A stretch of DNA of 53,727 nt from Myxococcota bacterium (GCA_036012755.1 DASCPX010000138.1:1-53727); one strand, 5' to 3'. Positions 29,150 to 39,153 are shown, numbered from the stretch's first letter. The notes: generated by a model not told the origin, from the sequence alone. Translations and numbers: made by a program.

Positions 29150-30816
29150 TCTGGCTTCTGTTGGCCTGCAACAAGGGCGAGGAGGTCGCCCCTGTCGACG
29201 ACAGCGACGAGCTCGTGGTTCGGGAGTCCAGTCCATTCATCGAGACAGGCCTCCACTCCGGCGAGAGCGGCGAGACCGGCGACACCGGCCTCCCGGACAC
29301 CAGCCTGGCGGTCTACCCGAGCGAAGCCGTGCTCGGAGTCGGAGGGCAAATCGGGCTCCGCGTCGTCGCCTCCGACACCACGGGCGCCCACTGGGACGCT
29401 GCGGAGGTCGAGCTCGTCGCCGACGAGACGGTGCTGACCGTCCTCGATGGCCTCGTCACCGCGCTGGCTCCAGGAGAGGGCGTCGTGACGGTGCTCGCAG
29501 AGGGGCTCGAGACCTCGGCCACCTTCACTGTCCGGGACACCCACGAGCTCGTCGTGCACCTGGTGTCGGCAGAGACCGGGGCGCCGCTCACCGATGGACG
29601 GGTCCAGGTCTCCGGCAACAAGCAGGTCGCGGACGAGACCGGCACCGTCGTCGTCGGCGTCGCCGACGGTTCACCGTTGGTGCTCACCGCCTACGACGCC
29701 AGCGAGGAGATCATCCCGGCGGTGGTCTTCGACGTGTCCGTTCGCGAGCTGACGTTGGCGCTTCGTCACGAGAGCGCAGAGGCTCCCCCCACGGCCATCC
29801 TGCTAGGGGAGCTCGACTTCGCCAGCGCTGTCCCCAGCGACTGGGACGAGCTGATAATCGCCATGTCCGGTCCTTCGGTGCAGGGCCACCCGCTGTTCTT
29901 CGATGGCGACGCCCTCATAGGTGACGACCGCACGGTGGACTTCTTCGGCGCCGACGTCGGTCTGCCGGGGAACGTCTCGGTCGAGGAGGTCGACACCAGC
30001 TGGACGAGCGTGGCCGAGGACGGAGTCGTGGGCGCCTGGTCCTTTGCCGTGCCGGTGAAGATCGCTGATGCCTCCAGCGGCATCGCGACGGTCACAGAGG
30101 CCATCAAGCTCCTCGCCGATCGCACAGAGGACATCCGCTGGAGTTGGGTTCCGGGACTCGTCGCCGACTCCGCGACGCCGCTGGAGCAGGACCTGGCTCC
30201 GGACCAGCCGCTCGTCTCGTCCTACGGCGTGCTCCTGCCGAGCGAGATGCCAGAGGCCTTCTACGGCACGGAGGACGTGCTGCTGTTGGCGCTCGAAGAG
30301 GTGGACGAGGGCTACGCGCTCGTCGGCGTCGGTGCGGGCCAGGGCAACCAGACCGTCTCGCGGGCCTCTCTGGAGGGCTACGGGGGGTCGCTGCTCGCAT
30401 ATGCCGAGGTCGGCGGGGTGGGGATTGGCGGCGCCCGCCTGCTCCAGCTGTTGCCCGAAGAGGAGGTCGTCGAGCCGCGCCCCTGGCTGGAGCCTCCCGC
30501 CATCACGAGTTGGGAGGGCGGGACCCGCACCGTCGAGTTCTCCACCGATCCGGGCCACCACCTCGTCCGGGTCTACGTCCTCGGGTTCTCCGGGGGACAC
30601 CGGGACCTCTACATGGCAGGCGGCGCCATCGGCGGCACGATCCCGGAGGAGGGACCGGCCATGAGCGTTGGTCGCACCATCTGGCGCCTCACCGCGGTCG
30701 AGACGGCGGAGGGCAACTTCCACAGCGCCCTGGTCACCGGTGGCCTCGACCCCACGAGCCTCCACAATGGCGCTGTCAGCACCGGCCTGCTCGAAGAGTA
30801 CAAGACCGGCGGTTAG
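29146..30816 (+). CDS. Large putative lipoprotein with Ig-like domains
   Basis: MIWLLLA-C; Big_2-like segment VYPSEAVL.VG...DGLVTALAPG; ATGA overlap. Confidence 0.75.
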   Translation: MIWLLLACNKGEEVAPVDDSDELVVRESSPFIETGLHSGESGETGDTGLPDTSLAVYPSEAVLGVGGQIGLRVVASDTTGAHWDAAEVELVADETVLTVLDGLVTALAPGEGVVTVLAEGLETSATFTVRDTHELVVHLVSAETGAPLTDGRVQVSGNKQVADETGTVVVGVADGSPLVLTAYDASEEIIPAVVFDVSVRELTLALRHESAEAPPTAILLGELDFASAVPSDWDELIIAMSGPSVQGHPLFFDGDALIGDDRTVDFFGADVGLPGNVSVEEVDTSWTSVAEDGVVGAWSFAVPVKIADASSGIATVTEAIKLLADRTEDIRWSWVPGLVADSATPLEQDLAPDQPLVSSYGVLLPSEMPEAFYGTEDVLLLALEEVDEGYALVGVGAGQGNQTVSRASLEGYGGSLLAYAEVGGVGIGGARLLQLLPEEEVVEPRPWLEPPAITSWEGGTRTVEFSTDPGHHLVRVYVLGFSGGHRDLYMAGGAIGGTIPEEGPAMSVGRTIWRLTAVETAEGNFHSALVTGGLDPTSLHNGAVSTGLLEEYKTGG

Positions 30817-30824
30817 CCCGGTTC

Positions 30825-32891
30825 ATGAGCACGCTCGATGCCGCCCGCCGTGGCTTCCTCTCCCTGTCGGCCGCACCTGCTGTCCGGACCGCCGCCTTGG
30901 AGAACCTCGCCGCCTGGCTCGTAGATCCGCGCGTCGCCGACCAGCTGCCGTTGATCGAGGCCCTGGCCGAGCAGGGGGCGTGGGACCTGTTGCTGGACAG
31001 CTTCTACCAGGTCATCCCTTTTGGCACGGGGGGTCGCCGAGGACCCGTCGGTGTCGGGCCGAACCGGATCAACCCCTTCACGATCGGCTCCAGCATCCAG
31101 GGGCACGCGCGCTACCTGCGCCAGCGCCATGGCGACGCGGAGCTCTCTGTGGTCGTTGCCTACGACGTGCGCCGCTTCGATGACAGCCGCGGGCTCTACC
31201 CCCGCGGCGTGCGCAACCCGATGCTCGGGATGAGCTCCCGTGACTTCGCCGAGCTCGCAGCAGAGGTCTACGCGGCCAACGGCGTGCGGGTGTACATCCT
31301 CCCGCGGGGGTCCACCCGGTACGTCAGCACCCCCGAACTCTCCTTCGCGATCCGGTTCTACGGGGCTCAGGGTGGCCTGAACGTCTCGGCCTCCCACAAC
31401 CCACCGGACGACAACGGCGCGAAGATCTACAACCACCTCGGAGGCCAGGAGATCCCCCCCCACGACGAAGCGCTCGTGGACATCGTCGCCGAGGTCACCG
31501 AGGTGAAGCGTCTCCCATACGGCGCTGCGCTCGCCCAGGGCCTGATCCGCGAGATCGGTGGGGATCTGTTCGCTGCCTACCTCGAGCTGAACCTCGCCTG
31601 CTCGGTCGCCCCGGAGGCGCGCTCCGCCCGGATCGTCTTCACACCACTGCACGGCACCGGGGACGGCACCGTCGCGGTGGTGCTCGACAGGGCCGGGTTC
31701 CATGTCGACCTGGAGCCGACCCAGAGCCCGCACGACGGCGCCTTCCCAGAGGTCCCCTTCGGCATCCCCAACCCGGAGGTGCCACAGTCGATGGACCGAG
31801 CGGTCGCCTACGCCCAGACCCTCGGGGCCGATCTCGTCATGGCTTGCGACCCCGACGCCGACCGACTCGGGGTGGTGGTTGGCCATCGCGGCGGCTGGCG
31901 CTTCCTCACCGGCAACGAGATCGGAGCGCTGGTGGTCATCACCGCGCTGGACCACGGCTCTGTCCAGTCCCCCCTCGTCATCAAGACGGAGGTGACCAGC
32001 TCGCTCATCGAGCGCATCGCCCTGGCTCGGGGGGCCGCGGTAGTCAGCAACCTGCTCGTCGGCTTCAAGTACATCGGCGACGGCCTCCGCCAGCTCGAGG
32101 AGGGGGGCACCTTCCAGGGGGCCCGGGGCAACTTCCTGGTCGGCGTCGAGGAGTCCCACGGCGTGCTCGTCACCAGCGATATCCGAGACAAGGACGCCGC
32201 CGGCGCTGCCCTCCTGCTGGCAGAGGCTGCCAGCCTCCAGAAAGAGCGCGGTCGCACGCTGGTCGATCTGCTCGAGGACTGCTGGGCAGAGGTCGGCTTC
32301 GTGTCGAACACCCTCTGCAGCACCGTGATGCGAGGGGCGACGGGGCGCTCCCGGATCCTTGCCATCCAGGAGTCATTCCGCCAGGATCCGCCTCGCCGGA
32401 TCGGGGGCCGCGAGATCACCGCTTTGTTCGACCGCCGGGACGAAGACGGCCCCTTCGGCCCGATCGTCAGCGGCACCGACCGCGCTGCCCGCGACGTGCT
32501 GGTCTTCGAGCTCGGCCCGGACGCTCGGCTGATCCTGCGCCCGAGCGGCACGGAGCCGAAGAACAAGGTCTACGCGGAGCTCTGCGGTCGGCCTGGCGAG
32601 GATCCCGCCGCCGTGGACGCAGCCTGCCTCGAGCTGGCAGAGGACTTCGTGCTGCTCATGCTCTCCCGCGTCGGACTGGAACCTCCCCGCTGGGCTCTGA
32701 AGGCCTCGGGGTTGCTGCCCATCGAGCAGAAGCTCGAGCTCCCGGGCATCGTCGCGCGCCTGCGGGCACGCCTCGGGCGCGGGGAGCCTGCCCGCCCGTG
32801 GCTGGACGAGGTCCTCGCAGACTTCGGAAAGGACGCCTACGGGCTGGTGGAGCCGGCGCTGCTGGCGGCGGGAGTCGAGCTGGCGAGGTGA
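30825..32891 (+). CDS. Phosphoglucomutase/phosphomannomutase family protein
   Basis: FGTGGRRG, SASHNP (phospho-Ser), DPDADR, GFKYIG, EESHG and RPSGTEPK. Confidence 0.93.
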   Translation: MSTLDAARRGFLSLSAAPAVRTAALENLAAWLVDPRVADQLPLIEALAEQGAWDLLLDSFYQVIPFGTGGRRGPVGVGPNRINPFTIGSSIQGHARYLRQRHGDAELSVVVAYDVRRFDDSRGLYPRGVRNPMLGMSSRDFAELAAEVYAANGVRVYILPRGSTRYVSTPELSFAIRFYGAQGGLNVSASHNPPDDNGAKIYNHLGGQEIPPHDEALVDIVAEVTEVKRLPYGAALAQGLIREIGGDLFAAYLELNLACSVAPEARSARIVFTPLHGTGDGTVAVVLDRAGFHVDLEPTQSPHDGAFPEVPFGIPNPEVPQSMDRAVAYAQTLGADLVMACDPDADRLGVVVGHRGGWRFLTGNEIGALVVITALDHGSVQSPLVIKTEVTSSLIERIALARGAAVVSNLLVGFKYIGDGLRQLEEGGTFQGARGNFLVGVEESHGVLVTSDIRDKDAAGAALLLAEAASLQKERGRTLVDLLEDCWAEVGFVSNTLCSTVMRGATGRSRILAIQESFRQDPPRRIGGREITALFDRRDEDGPFGPIVSGTDRAARDVLVFELGPDARLILRPSGTEPKNKVYAELCGRPGEDPAAVDAACLELAEDFVLLMLSRVGLEPPRWALKASGLLPIEQKLELPGIVARLRARLGRGEPARPWLDEVLADFGKDAYGLVEPALLAAGVELAR

Positions 32892-33718
32892 CCGGGGGTT
32901 GGCCCGAACTCCTGGGGCACCAGCACGATGAGCCCCTCTGTGGGCCAGTTGTCGTAGGTCTGGACGTGCCGGACGTACCAGCCGAGGTCATCGTCTCTGA
33001 CCACCTTGTCGCCCATGGCGCTCGCGTGTCGCATTCGCCCCCCCGAGATGGTCAGGCCGACGTGGCTGATCGCGATCGGGAGGTGGTCCCACAGGGCCCG
33101 AACGGTGAAGACGGCCGCGCCTGCCGGGATCTCCTCGAGGTGGTCCTCGGCGACCTCGATCGGCAGGACGTGGAAGTTCAGCTCTCCGATCGGAAGGCGT
33201 TCGTCGGAGAGCTCGCTGAACAGGCCGCGGCGCGACCAGCCGGCCCAGGTCTCGGGCGTCACGATCTTCTGACGCGGCTCGGCACCGGTCAGGGTCTGCG
33301 TGATGTCGGCCATCCAGCCCTCGGCGACGGTGCCGGGGATCCACTCGGAGAGCATGAAGTGGCGCCGGTTTTCATATGTCCACGGCTCGCCATCGCGGTA
33401 CCGCAGCGCCATGCGGACCTCGTGGGCGCGGGCGGGCTGCGGTGAGATGGCCAGGGCGACGGCCTCCTCGACGAAGGTCAGGCAGTCGAAGCTGTCGTAG
33501 CGCGTCACCGGCTGGGGATCGGGACCGGCCCCTTCCCCGAGGCCGCCGAGCAGGTAGGGCAGCCCGACCCACGGCTCCGTGATGGCCTCCAGTCGCTCCG
33601 GCAGCGGCAGCGCCCGGGCTGCTTCGGCGCGCGCGACGACCTCCGGAGGTGTGAGCGCGAAGGGGTCGTAGTCGTCGTCACCCGCCAGCGTGGCCAGGAC
33701 CAGGGGCAGCAGCGTCAG
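32837..33718 (-). CDS. DUF1460 / NlpC-P60-like N-acetylmuramoyl-L-alanine amidase; probable CTG start
   Basis: ERLEAI..PWVGLPY..GGLGEG...RYDSFDCLTFVE, RRHF and SHVG; the family-like sequence extends 70 codons upstream of the first canonical start (33508). Confidence 0.75.
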   Translation of the reverse strand: MTLLPLVLATLAGDDDYDPFALTPPEVVARAEAARALPLPERLEAITEPWVGLPYLLGGLGEGAGPDPQPVTRYDSFDCLTFVEEAVALAISPQPARAHEVRMALRYRDGEPWTYENRRHFMLSEWIPGTVAEGWMADITQTLTGAEPRQKIVTPETWAGWSRRGLFSELSDERLPIGELNFHVLPIEVAEDHLEEIPAGAAVFTVRALWDHLPIAISHVGLTISGGRMRHASAMGDKVVRDDDLGWYVRHVQTYDNWPTEGLIVLVPQEFGPTPGHLASSTPAASSAGSTSP

Positions 33719-35112
33719 AGGCCCAGCCGCGACTGGTAGCCGACGCAGCCCTCCAGGAAAGCGTCCACGTGGTCGTCTTGCAGGTTCTCCGCGCCGAGGT
33801 TCATCGCCCGGTCGATGAGATCGGCCAGAGCCCGGTTGAGGAAGCGCCGGTGCTCGGTGGCGGGACGCTTTCGCAGGTTCTTCATCAGGCCCGCGGCTGG
33901 TGCGTTGCCGTCGTCGCCCGCGCTGACAGCGACGAAGAGCGAGGCGAACTCGGACGGTGCCCCGTGCAGGAGCAGCTGGATCTGCGCGACGCCGGCTCCC
34001 GCTCCTTCCTGGTTGTCGAAGGCCGCAACGAGTCCGACGAGCACCTGGTTGGCGACCTCGATCTTCTTCATGGCGTCTTCGTTCGACAGCTGGGGTCCGC
34101 CGAAGTTCATCTTCACGCCGGTCCCCGGTGCGTCCGACTGCTCCTGCTCCGGAAGGGTGAGATCGACGCGCTCGGCGGTGAGCTCCGTCACGGACTTGCT
34201 GAAGTGCCCGTCCTTGCCGCCGCCCCGAAGCTCGTCGTGGTCGGCGAACATCGCGAGCTCCTGGTCGTAGACGTCGTTGTCCGGACCCGTGCTGAAGCCC
34301 TCGAGCGCCAGCGCTTCGTCCCCTGGCTCGTCGACAGAGGTCTCGACGGTGTCCTCGAGCGATGTCTCCTGGACCGTGACCTCCTCGACCTGCGGGAGCA
34401 CACTGGTCGCGTCCGTCGACTCCAGCTCCCGGAGCAGCTCCTCCTCGTCGAACTCCTCGACCGTGGCGACCGCCTGAGCGATGAGGTGCCCGCCATCCAT
34501 CAGCTCGACGAGGGCATCGAGCGTGCTCAGCTCCTCGAGAGGGCTCGCCTGGACCACCTGGCCGACGGTCGTTTCTGGACCGAGCAGCTTCCAGATCTTG
34601 TGGTGAGCCCTCTTCTTTGGCTTGGGGCCTGGTGAGACCAGGGTCGCCATTCCGGTCTCAGTGCGCAGGGCCGACGCTCGAGCGATGAGGACCTCGAGGT
34701 CGCCGACGATCGCCCGGGTGTCGTGCAGCAGGTGCAGGTGCCCGACGAACAACGCGTCCATCGGCACGAAGGTCGCGTCGCCATCGCCGACGAGGTACGC
34801 CGCGATGTTCTCACGGAGGCGGTCGAAGGCCAGCTGCTCGCACATCCTGATGTCGAGGACGTCCCAGAGGGTCTCTCCGATGGGTGCGCCGTTGGCGAGC
34901 TTGCGGAGGTGGCGGACCTGGTCCGGACTGAGGTAGCCGCTGGCGACGAGGCGCCGCAGCAGGTGCTGGTCGTCGCGCTCCGACCGGGCCGCGAGGACCT
35001 GCCCGTTCATGAGGTACAGGTTGACCGCCAAGCCGGTGGAGTCAACGCTCAGGCGGCCAATGGCGCCGTCGTCGAGGAGATGCAACAGCTGATCGCGCAG
35101 CTTGGTGTTCAA
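33715..35112 (-). CDS. DUF4388/PatA-N-like domain protein with an acidic linker
   Basis: GRLSV....NLYLMNGQV..A.S....L...LV..G.L N-terminal domain. Confidence 0.7.
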   Translation of the reverse strand: MNTKLRDQLLHLLDDGAIGRLSVDSTGLAVNLYLMNGQVLAARSERDDQHLLRRLVASGYLSPDQVRHLRKLANGAPIGETLWDVLDIRMCEQLAFDRLRENIAAYLVGDGDATFVPMDALFVGHLHLLHDTRAIVGDLEVLIARASALRTETGMATLVSPGPKPKKRAHHKIWKLLGPETTVGQVVQASPLEELSTLDALVELMDGGHLIAQAVATVEEFDEEELLRELESTDATSVLPQVEEVTVQETSLEDTVETSVDEPGDEALALEGFSTGPDNDVYDQELAMFADHDELRGGGKDGHFSKSVTELTAERVDLTLPEQEQSDAPGTGVKMNFGGPQLSNEDAMKKIEVANQVLVGLVAAFDNQEGAGAGVAQIQLLLHGAPSEFASLFVAVSAGDDGNAPAAGLMKNLRKRPATEHRRFLNRALADLIDRAMNLGAENLQDDHVDAFLEGCVGYQSRLGL

Positions 35113-35193
35113 AAACCCTGGCCTTCTGTGAGCCTGCTTCTTCCGGGAAAAGCCTACTCCCGGCCGTGAGTGGGGGTCAATCCAGGCCGATCT

Positions 35194-35832
35194 CTACAGG
35201 GCTTCGTTGACAAACGGGTGGTCGCGTCCGAGGGCCTCGCCGAGGCGTACGCGGGCTCGCGACAGGCGCGACATCACGGTCCCCATCCGGATCTGCAGCG
35301 CCTCTGCGATCTCGGCGTAGGAGAGATCGCCGTAGTAGCGGAGCAGGAGGATCTCGCGGTGGGCTGGGGTGAGCTTGTCGATGGCCTCGAGTACGCCATG
35401 GCGCAGCTCGCCTCCCCAGACCTGCTCCGTCGTGCTGGGGGTCCGGCCCTGCGGCACCGACTCCGGCGGGATGTTCGCCAGGATTCCTCCGCGGCGCCGC
35501 CGGTCGCGGACCAGGTTGAAGCAGAGGTTGGTCGTCACGCGATAGAGCCACGCGCGGATCTTGAAGTCCGCGTCGAAGAAACGTGGCTCCCTCATGGCCT
35601 TTATGAAGACCTCCTGGACGGCATCTCGCGCCTCCTGCGGGTCCCTGACGATGCCCCGTGCGCGGCGCTCCAGGCTGGCGCGGTAGCGCACCACGCAGCG
35701 GGCCATGGCGGTCTGCTTGCAAGCGAGCGCCAGTTCGTGCAGATCGCGGTCGCACTCTCGTTGATGGGTCACCAGAGCTCCTCCGTCCAGTTCGCGTGTG
35801 AGACGGGGAAGGACCGCTTCGACATTCGTCAC
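35194..35832 (-). CDS. ECF-type sigma-70 factor
   Basis: Region 2 (DAVQEVFIK...AWLYRVTTNLC) and region 4 (SYAEIAEALQIRMGTVMSRLSRAR). Confidence 0.92.
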   Translation of the reverse strand: MTNVEAVLPRLTRELDGGALVTHQRECDRDLHELALACKQTAMARCVVRYRASLERRARGIVRDPQEARDAVQEVFIKAMREPRFFDADFKIRAWLYRVTTNLCFNLVRDRRRRGGILANIPPESVPQGRTPSTTEQVWGGELRHGVLEAIDKLTPAHREILLLRYYGDLSYAEIAEALQIRMGTVMSRLSRARVRLGEALGRDHPFVNEAL

Positions 35833-35856
35833 GGCTGGTCACGCTCTGTCGCGGAC

Positions 35857-35885
35857 TTGACGCCGCGCGTCTTCGGGAAGATCCT
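35857..35885 (+). promoter_or_regulatory. Putative sigma70 promoter of khpA
   Basis: TTGACG-17 bp-GATCCT. Confidence 0.35.
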
Positions 35886-35941
35886 AGAGGCGACGCAGAG
35901 AGAGGCACACTCAATGCGCCAGCTTGCAGCAGGAGTCCGCG

Positions 35942-36205
35942 GTGGCAGATGAGACAAACGTCCTGGACGTCCGGGAGTTGGTGGAGGAGATCGTCAAGGC
36001 CCTGGTCGACAGTCCAGAGCAGGTGATCTGCCGCGAGGTGACGGGCAAGCACAGCTGTGTCCTCGAGCTCGAGGTAGCCAAGGAGGACATCGGCAAGGTG
36101 ATCGGGCGGAAGGGGATCCACGCCGACGCCATCCGCCGCATCGTTCATGCGGCGGGCGGAAAGAAGAAGATCCGCTACGTCCTCGAGATCATCGAAGACC
36201 GCTGA
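35942..36205 (+). CDS. khpA: KH-domain RNA-binding protein KhpA (YlqC family)
   Basis: IVKALVDSPEQV, DIGKVIGRKG (GxxG) and LEII; AGGAG RBS. Confidence 0.9.
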   Translation: MADETNVLDVRELVEEIVKALVDSPEQVICREVTGKHSCVLELEVAKEDIGKVIGRKGIHADAIRRIVHAAGGKKKIRYVLEIIEDR

Positions 36206-36217
36206 TCGACGAGCCGC

Positions 36218-37024
36218 TCAGTAGTAGCCGTAGAGGTTGCCGAAGCAGCAGCAGCAGACCACGGCCACGGCGCTCGACACCACCACCGCGCCAGCGACTA
36301 TGGCGAGGATGATGATGAGCTTCTTGTTCTGCTGCCACCAGTTGCCCTCGCCCGAGGGCTCGGAGATCTCGTCCCCCTCCGGCGGCGCCTCCACGTCCTC
36401 GATCACTGGCTCGTCGACGACCAGCGGGGCGTCTTCGGTGGTCTCCGCGGGTGTGTCCATCGCGATGGCCTTTCCGCCCAGATCCCAGCTGTAGGACCAG
36501 CCGACGATCTCCTCGCCGACTTGCTGCAGCATCGTGTTGATGGGCTTGTTCAGCTCGTTGACGGTCCAGTCGAGGCGCTCCTCGAAGCGGCGGTCGAATG
36601 ACTTCGTGGCGATCACGCCACGGTCCGCGACCAGGTCGACGCGCATCTTGATGTGCACGTCGTAGACCATGTAGCCCTCGATCCAGAAGTACTCGAGGGT
36701 CAACCTCGCCGTCTCGGGGGCGGTCGGGTCGATCGTGTAGCCGGCTCCCTCCAGCGAGTCCTCCAGCCACTTCGTGTAGAAGGCCTCTATGGACATGCCG
36801 GCGTTGTTGAGGGAGTAGGGGAAGCCCGCTCCGGCCCGAACGTGCCCCAACCGCTCGGTGCCCGCCCACTCGTCGCGAACGTCGACGAACTCCACCGCGA
36901 CGCGCTTGCCGGTCGCTGTGACCGGGTCGATCTCGACCCGGTAGTCGAGCTTCATGTCCTTGGCGTGGGCCGGGGAGGCGACGAGGCCCATCAGCAGGCC
37001 GAAGATCAGAAGAAGGGTGCTCAT
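36218..37024 (-). CDS. Exported protein with a C-terminal TM anchor ending in CCCC
   Basis: Signal peptide (SPAHA); YajG-like VEFVDVR domain; acidic/Pro linker; TM followed by [12 protein letters not shown]. Confidence 0.7.
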   Translation of the reverse strand: MSTLLLIFGLLMGLVASPAHAKDMKLDYRVEIDPVTATGKRVAVEFVDVRDEWAGTERLGHVRAGAGFPYSLNNAGMSIEAFYTKWLEDSLEGAGYTIDPTAPETARLTLEYFWIEGYMVYDVHIKMRVDLVADRGVIATKSFDRRFEERLDWTVNELNKPINTMLQQVGEEIVGWSYSWDLGGKAIAMDTPAETTEDAPLVVDEPVIEDVEAPPEGDEISEPSGEGNWWQQNKKLIIILAIVAGAVVVSSAVAVVCCCCFGNLYGYY

Positions 37025-38673
37025 AGTCCTGGAATCCTCACGCCGCGCTCTCTCGCGATCTCGATCGCTCGCTCGTAGCCGGCGTCCACGTGGCGAATGA
37101 CACCCATTGCGGGGTCGCTCGTCAAGACCCGCTCTATGCGTCTGGCGGCGGCTGCTGTGCCGTCGGCGACGATCACTTGCCCCGCGTGGAGGCTGTAGCC
37201 GATGCCGACACCGCCGCCGTGATGGAAGCTCACCCAGCTGGCGCCGTTCACGGCGTTGACCAGGGCGTTGAGGATCGGCCAGTCGGCGACGGCGTCAGAG
37301 CCGTCCTTCATGCCCTCGGTCTCGCGGTTCGGGCTCGCGACCGAGCCGCAGTCGAGGTGATCGCGGCCGATGACGATCGGCGCAGACACCCGACCAGAGG
37401 CGACGAGCTCGTTGAACAGCAGGCCCGCGCGGTGGCGCTCGCCGTAGCCGAGCCAGCAGATGCGGCTGGGCAGGCCTTGGAAGCGCACCCGCTCGGCCGC
37501 GAGCGTGAGCCAACGGCGTAGGAGGAGGTCCTCTGGGAAGAGCTCCAGGAGCGCCTCGTCGGTCGTGGCGATGTCCCGCGGGTCGCCGGAGAGCGCGACC
37601 CACCGGAAGGGGCCCTTGCCCTCGCAGAACAGGGGCCTGATGTAGGCCGGCACGAAGCCCGGAAAGTCGAAGGCGTCCTCGCAGCCACCTTCGAGAGCAC
37701 CGGCGCGCAGGTTGTTGCCGTAGTCGAAGACATGTGATCCCGCGGCCTTCATCGCGAGCATCGCCTCGACATGCCGGGCCATCGTGAGGTGGCTGCGGCG
37801 CACGTACTCGGCGGGGTCGGACTCCCGCAACGAGGCGGCCGCCTCCAGGGAGAGACCCTCTGGCACGTAGCCGTGGAGCGGGTCGTGGGCGCTGGTCTGG
37901 TCTGTGACGAGGTCCGGGACCACGCCCCGCTCGACCAGCTCGGAGTAGCCCGTGGCGGCGTTCATCACGACGCCGATGGAGCGCGGTGTGCGGCTCTGTT
38001 GGCACTCGCGGACGCGTCGCATGGCGGTGTCGAGGTCCGGGGCGACCTCGTCCAGGTAGTCGTGCTCGACGCGGCGTTCGATGCGCTCCGCGTCGACGTC
38101 GAAGCCCAGGAAGACGGCGTTGTTCATCGTCGCCGCCAGCGGCTGCGCGCCGCCCATTCCACCGAGGCCGGCGCTCAGAACGAGGCGACCGGAGAGGTCG
38201 TCGCTCCCGAAGTGGGTGTTCCCGGCGGCGGCGAAGGTCTCGTATGTGCCCTGGAGGATCCCCTGGGTGCCGATGTAGATCCAGGACCCGGCGGTCATCT
38301 GGCCGTACATCATCAGGCCCTTGTCCTCGAGCTCGTGGAAGTGGTCCCATGTGGCCCAGCGCCCGACCAGGTTGGAGTTCGCGATGAGGACCCTGGGGGC
38401 GTCCGCGTGAGTGCGCAGGATGCCGACGGGCTTGCCGGACTGCACCATGAGCGTCTCGTCGTCCTCGAGCTCTTCCAGCGCCGCCAGGATGGCGTCGTAG
38501 GCCTCCCAGCTGCGCGCGGCCTTGCCGGTGCCGCCGTAGACGACGAGATCCTCCGGTCGCTCGGCGACCTCTGGATCCAGGTTGTTCAGGAACATCCGCA
38601 GCGCGGCTTCCTGGACCCACCCCTTGCAGGTGAGCGTGCTCCCCGTGGGGGTCGAGCGAGCGCGACGACCCAT
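37021..38673 (-). CDS. hutU: Urocanate hydratase
   Basis: [32 protein letters not shown] and HHGGGVGIG. Confidence 0.97.
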   Translation of the reverse strand: MGRRARSTPTGSTLTCKGWVQEAALRMFLNNLDPEVAERPEDLVVYGGTGKAARSWEAYDAILAALEELEDDETLMVQSGKPVGILRTHADAPRVLIANSNLVGRWATWDHFHELEDKGLMMYGQMTAGSWIYIGTQGILQGTYETFAAAGNTHFGSDDLSGRLVLSAGLGGMGGAQPLAATMNNAVFLGFDVDAERIERRVEHDYLDEVAPDLDTAMRRVRECQQSRTPRSIGVVMNAATGYSELVERGVVPDLVTDQTSAHDPLHGYVPEGLSLEAAASLRESDPAEYVRRSHLTMARHVEAMLAMKAAGSHVFDYGNNLRAGALEGGCEDAFDFPGFVPAYIRPLFCEGKGPFRWVALSGDPRDIATTDEALLELFPEDLLLRRWLTLAAERVRFQGLPSRICWLGYGERHRAGLLFNELVASGRVSAPIVIGRDHLDCGSVASPNRETEGMKDGSDAVADWPILNALVNAVNGASWVSFHHGGGVGIGYSLHAGQVIVADGTAAAARRIERVLTSDPAMGVIRHVDAGYERAIEIARERGVRIPGL

Positions 38674-38849
38674 CAGTCCTCTTCGGTCGTCTCGCTCTGC
38701 GTCATTCGGGTCTCGGTCTCCTCCGCGAGCTCCGCGCAGTCCTCGAGGCTCTCGAGGTGGGCCTCGTACTGCTCGCGCGTGATGATTCCGCGGTTGATGA
38801 AGGATTCGACGACGCGAACGTCGGCGTGCTCCTGATCGAGTTTGGGCAT
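38673..38849 (-). CDS. Small acidic hypothetical protein (58 aa; absent from the ORF track)
   Basis: [38 protein letters not shown]...; fills the rpoZ-hutU gap exactly (1-bp gap, 1-bp overlap). Confidence 0.75.
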   Translation of the reverse strand: MPKLDQEHADVRVVESFINRGIITREQYEAHLESLEDCAELAEETETRMTQSETTEED

Positions 38850-38850
38850 G

Positions 38851-39153
38851 TCAGGCCTCCGGCGGCAGGTCGTCGTCGATCTCGGGCGGCAGATCCTGGT
38901 CCACGGTCACTCCGAGGCCGAGCTCGGTGTCGAGCAGCATGTTCTCGTCGAAGTCGGAAAGGTCGGCGCGGACCTTGCCCGCGGCGATCTCCCGCAGGGA
39001 GGTCACGACCTCCTTGTTCTTCGAGCGGATGTCGTCGTCCAAGAGGGCGCGCTCGCCCTTGATGAGCTGCTTTGTGCGCTCGGCTGCGACGAGGACCAGG
39101 GAGAAGCGGTTGGGGACCTGCTCGAGGCAGTCCTCGATGGTGATGCGGGCCAC
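38851..39153 (-). CDS. rpoZ: RNA polymerase omega subunit
   Basis: [29 protein letters not shown]...[22 protein letters not shown]. Confidence 0.95.
   Translation of the reverse strand: MARITIEDCLEQVPNRFSLVLVAAERTKQLIKGERALLDDDIRSKNKEVVTSLREIAAGKVRADLSDFDENMLLDTELGLGVTVDQDLPPEIDDDLPPEA

Noticed and set aside
30144..30824. N-terminal extension making a 915-aa phosphomutase
   Set aside because: Overlaps the lipoprotein gene in another frame with low-complexity composition; the real start is ATG 30825
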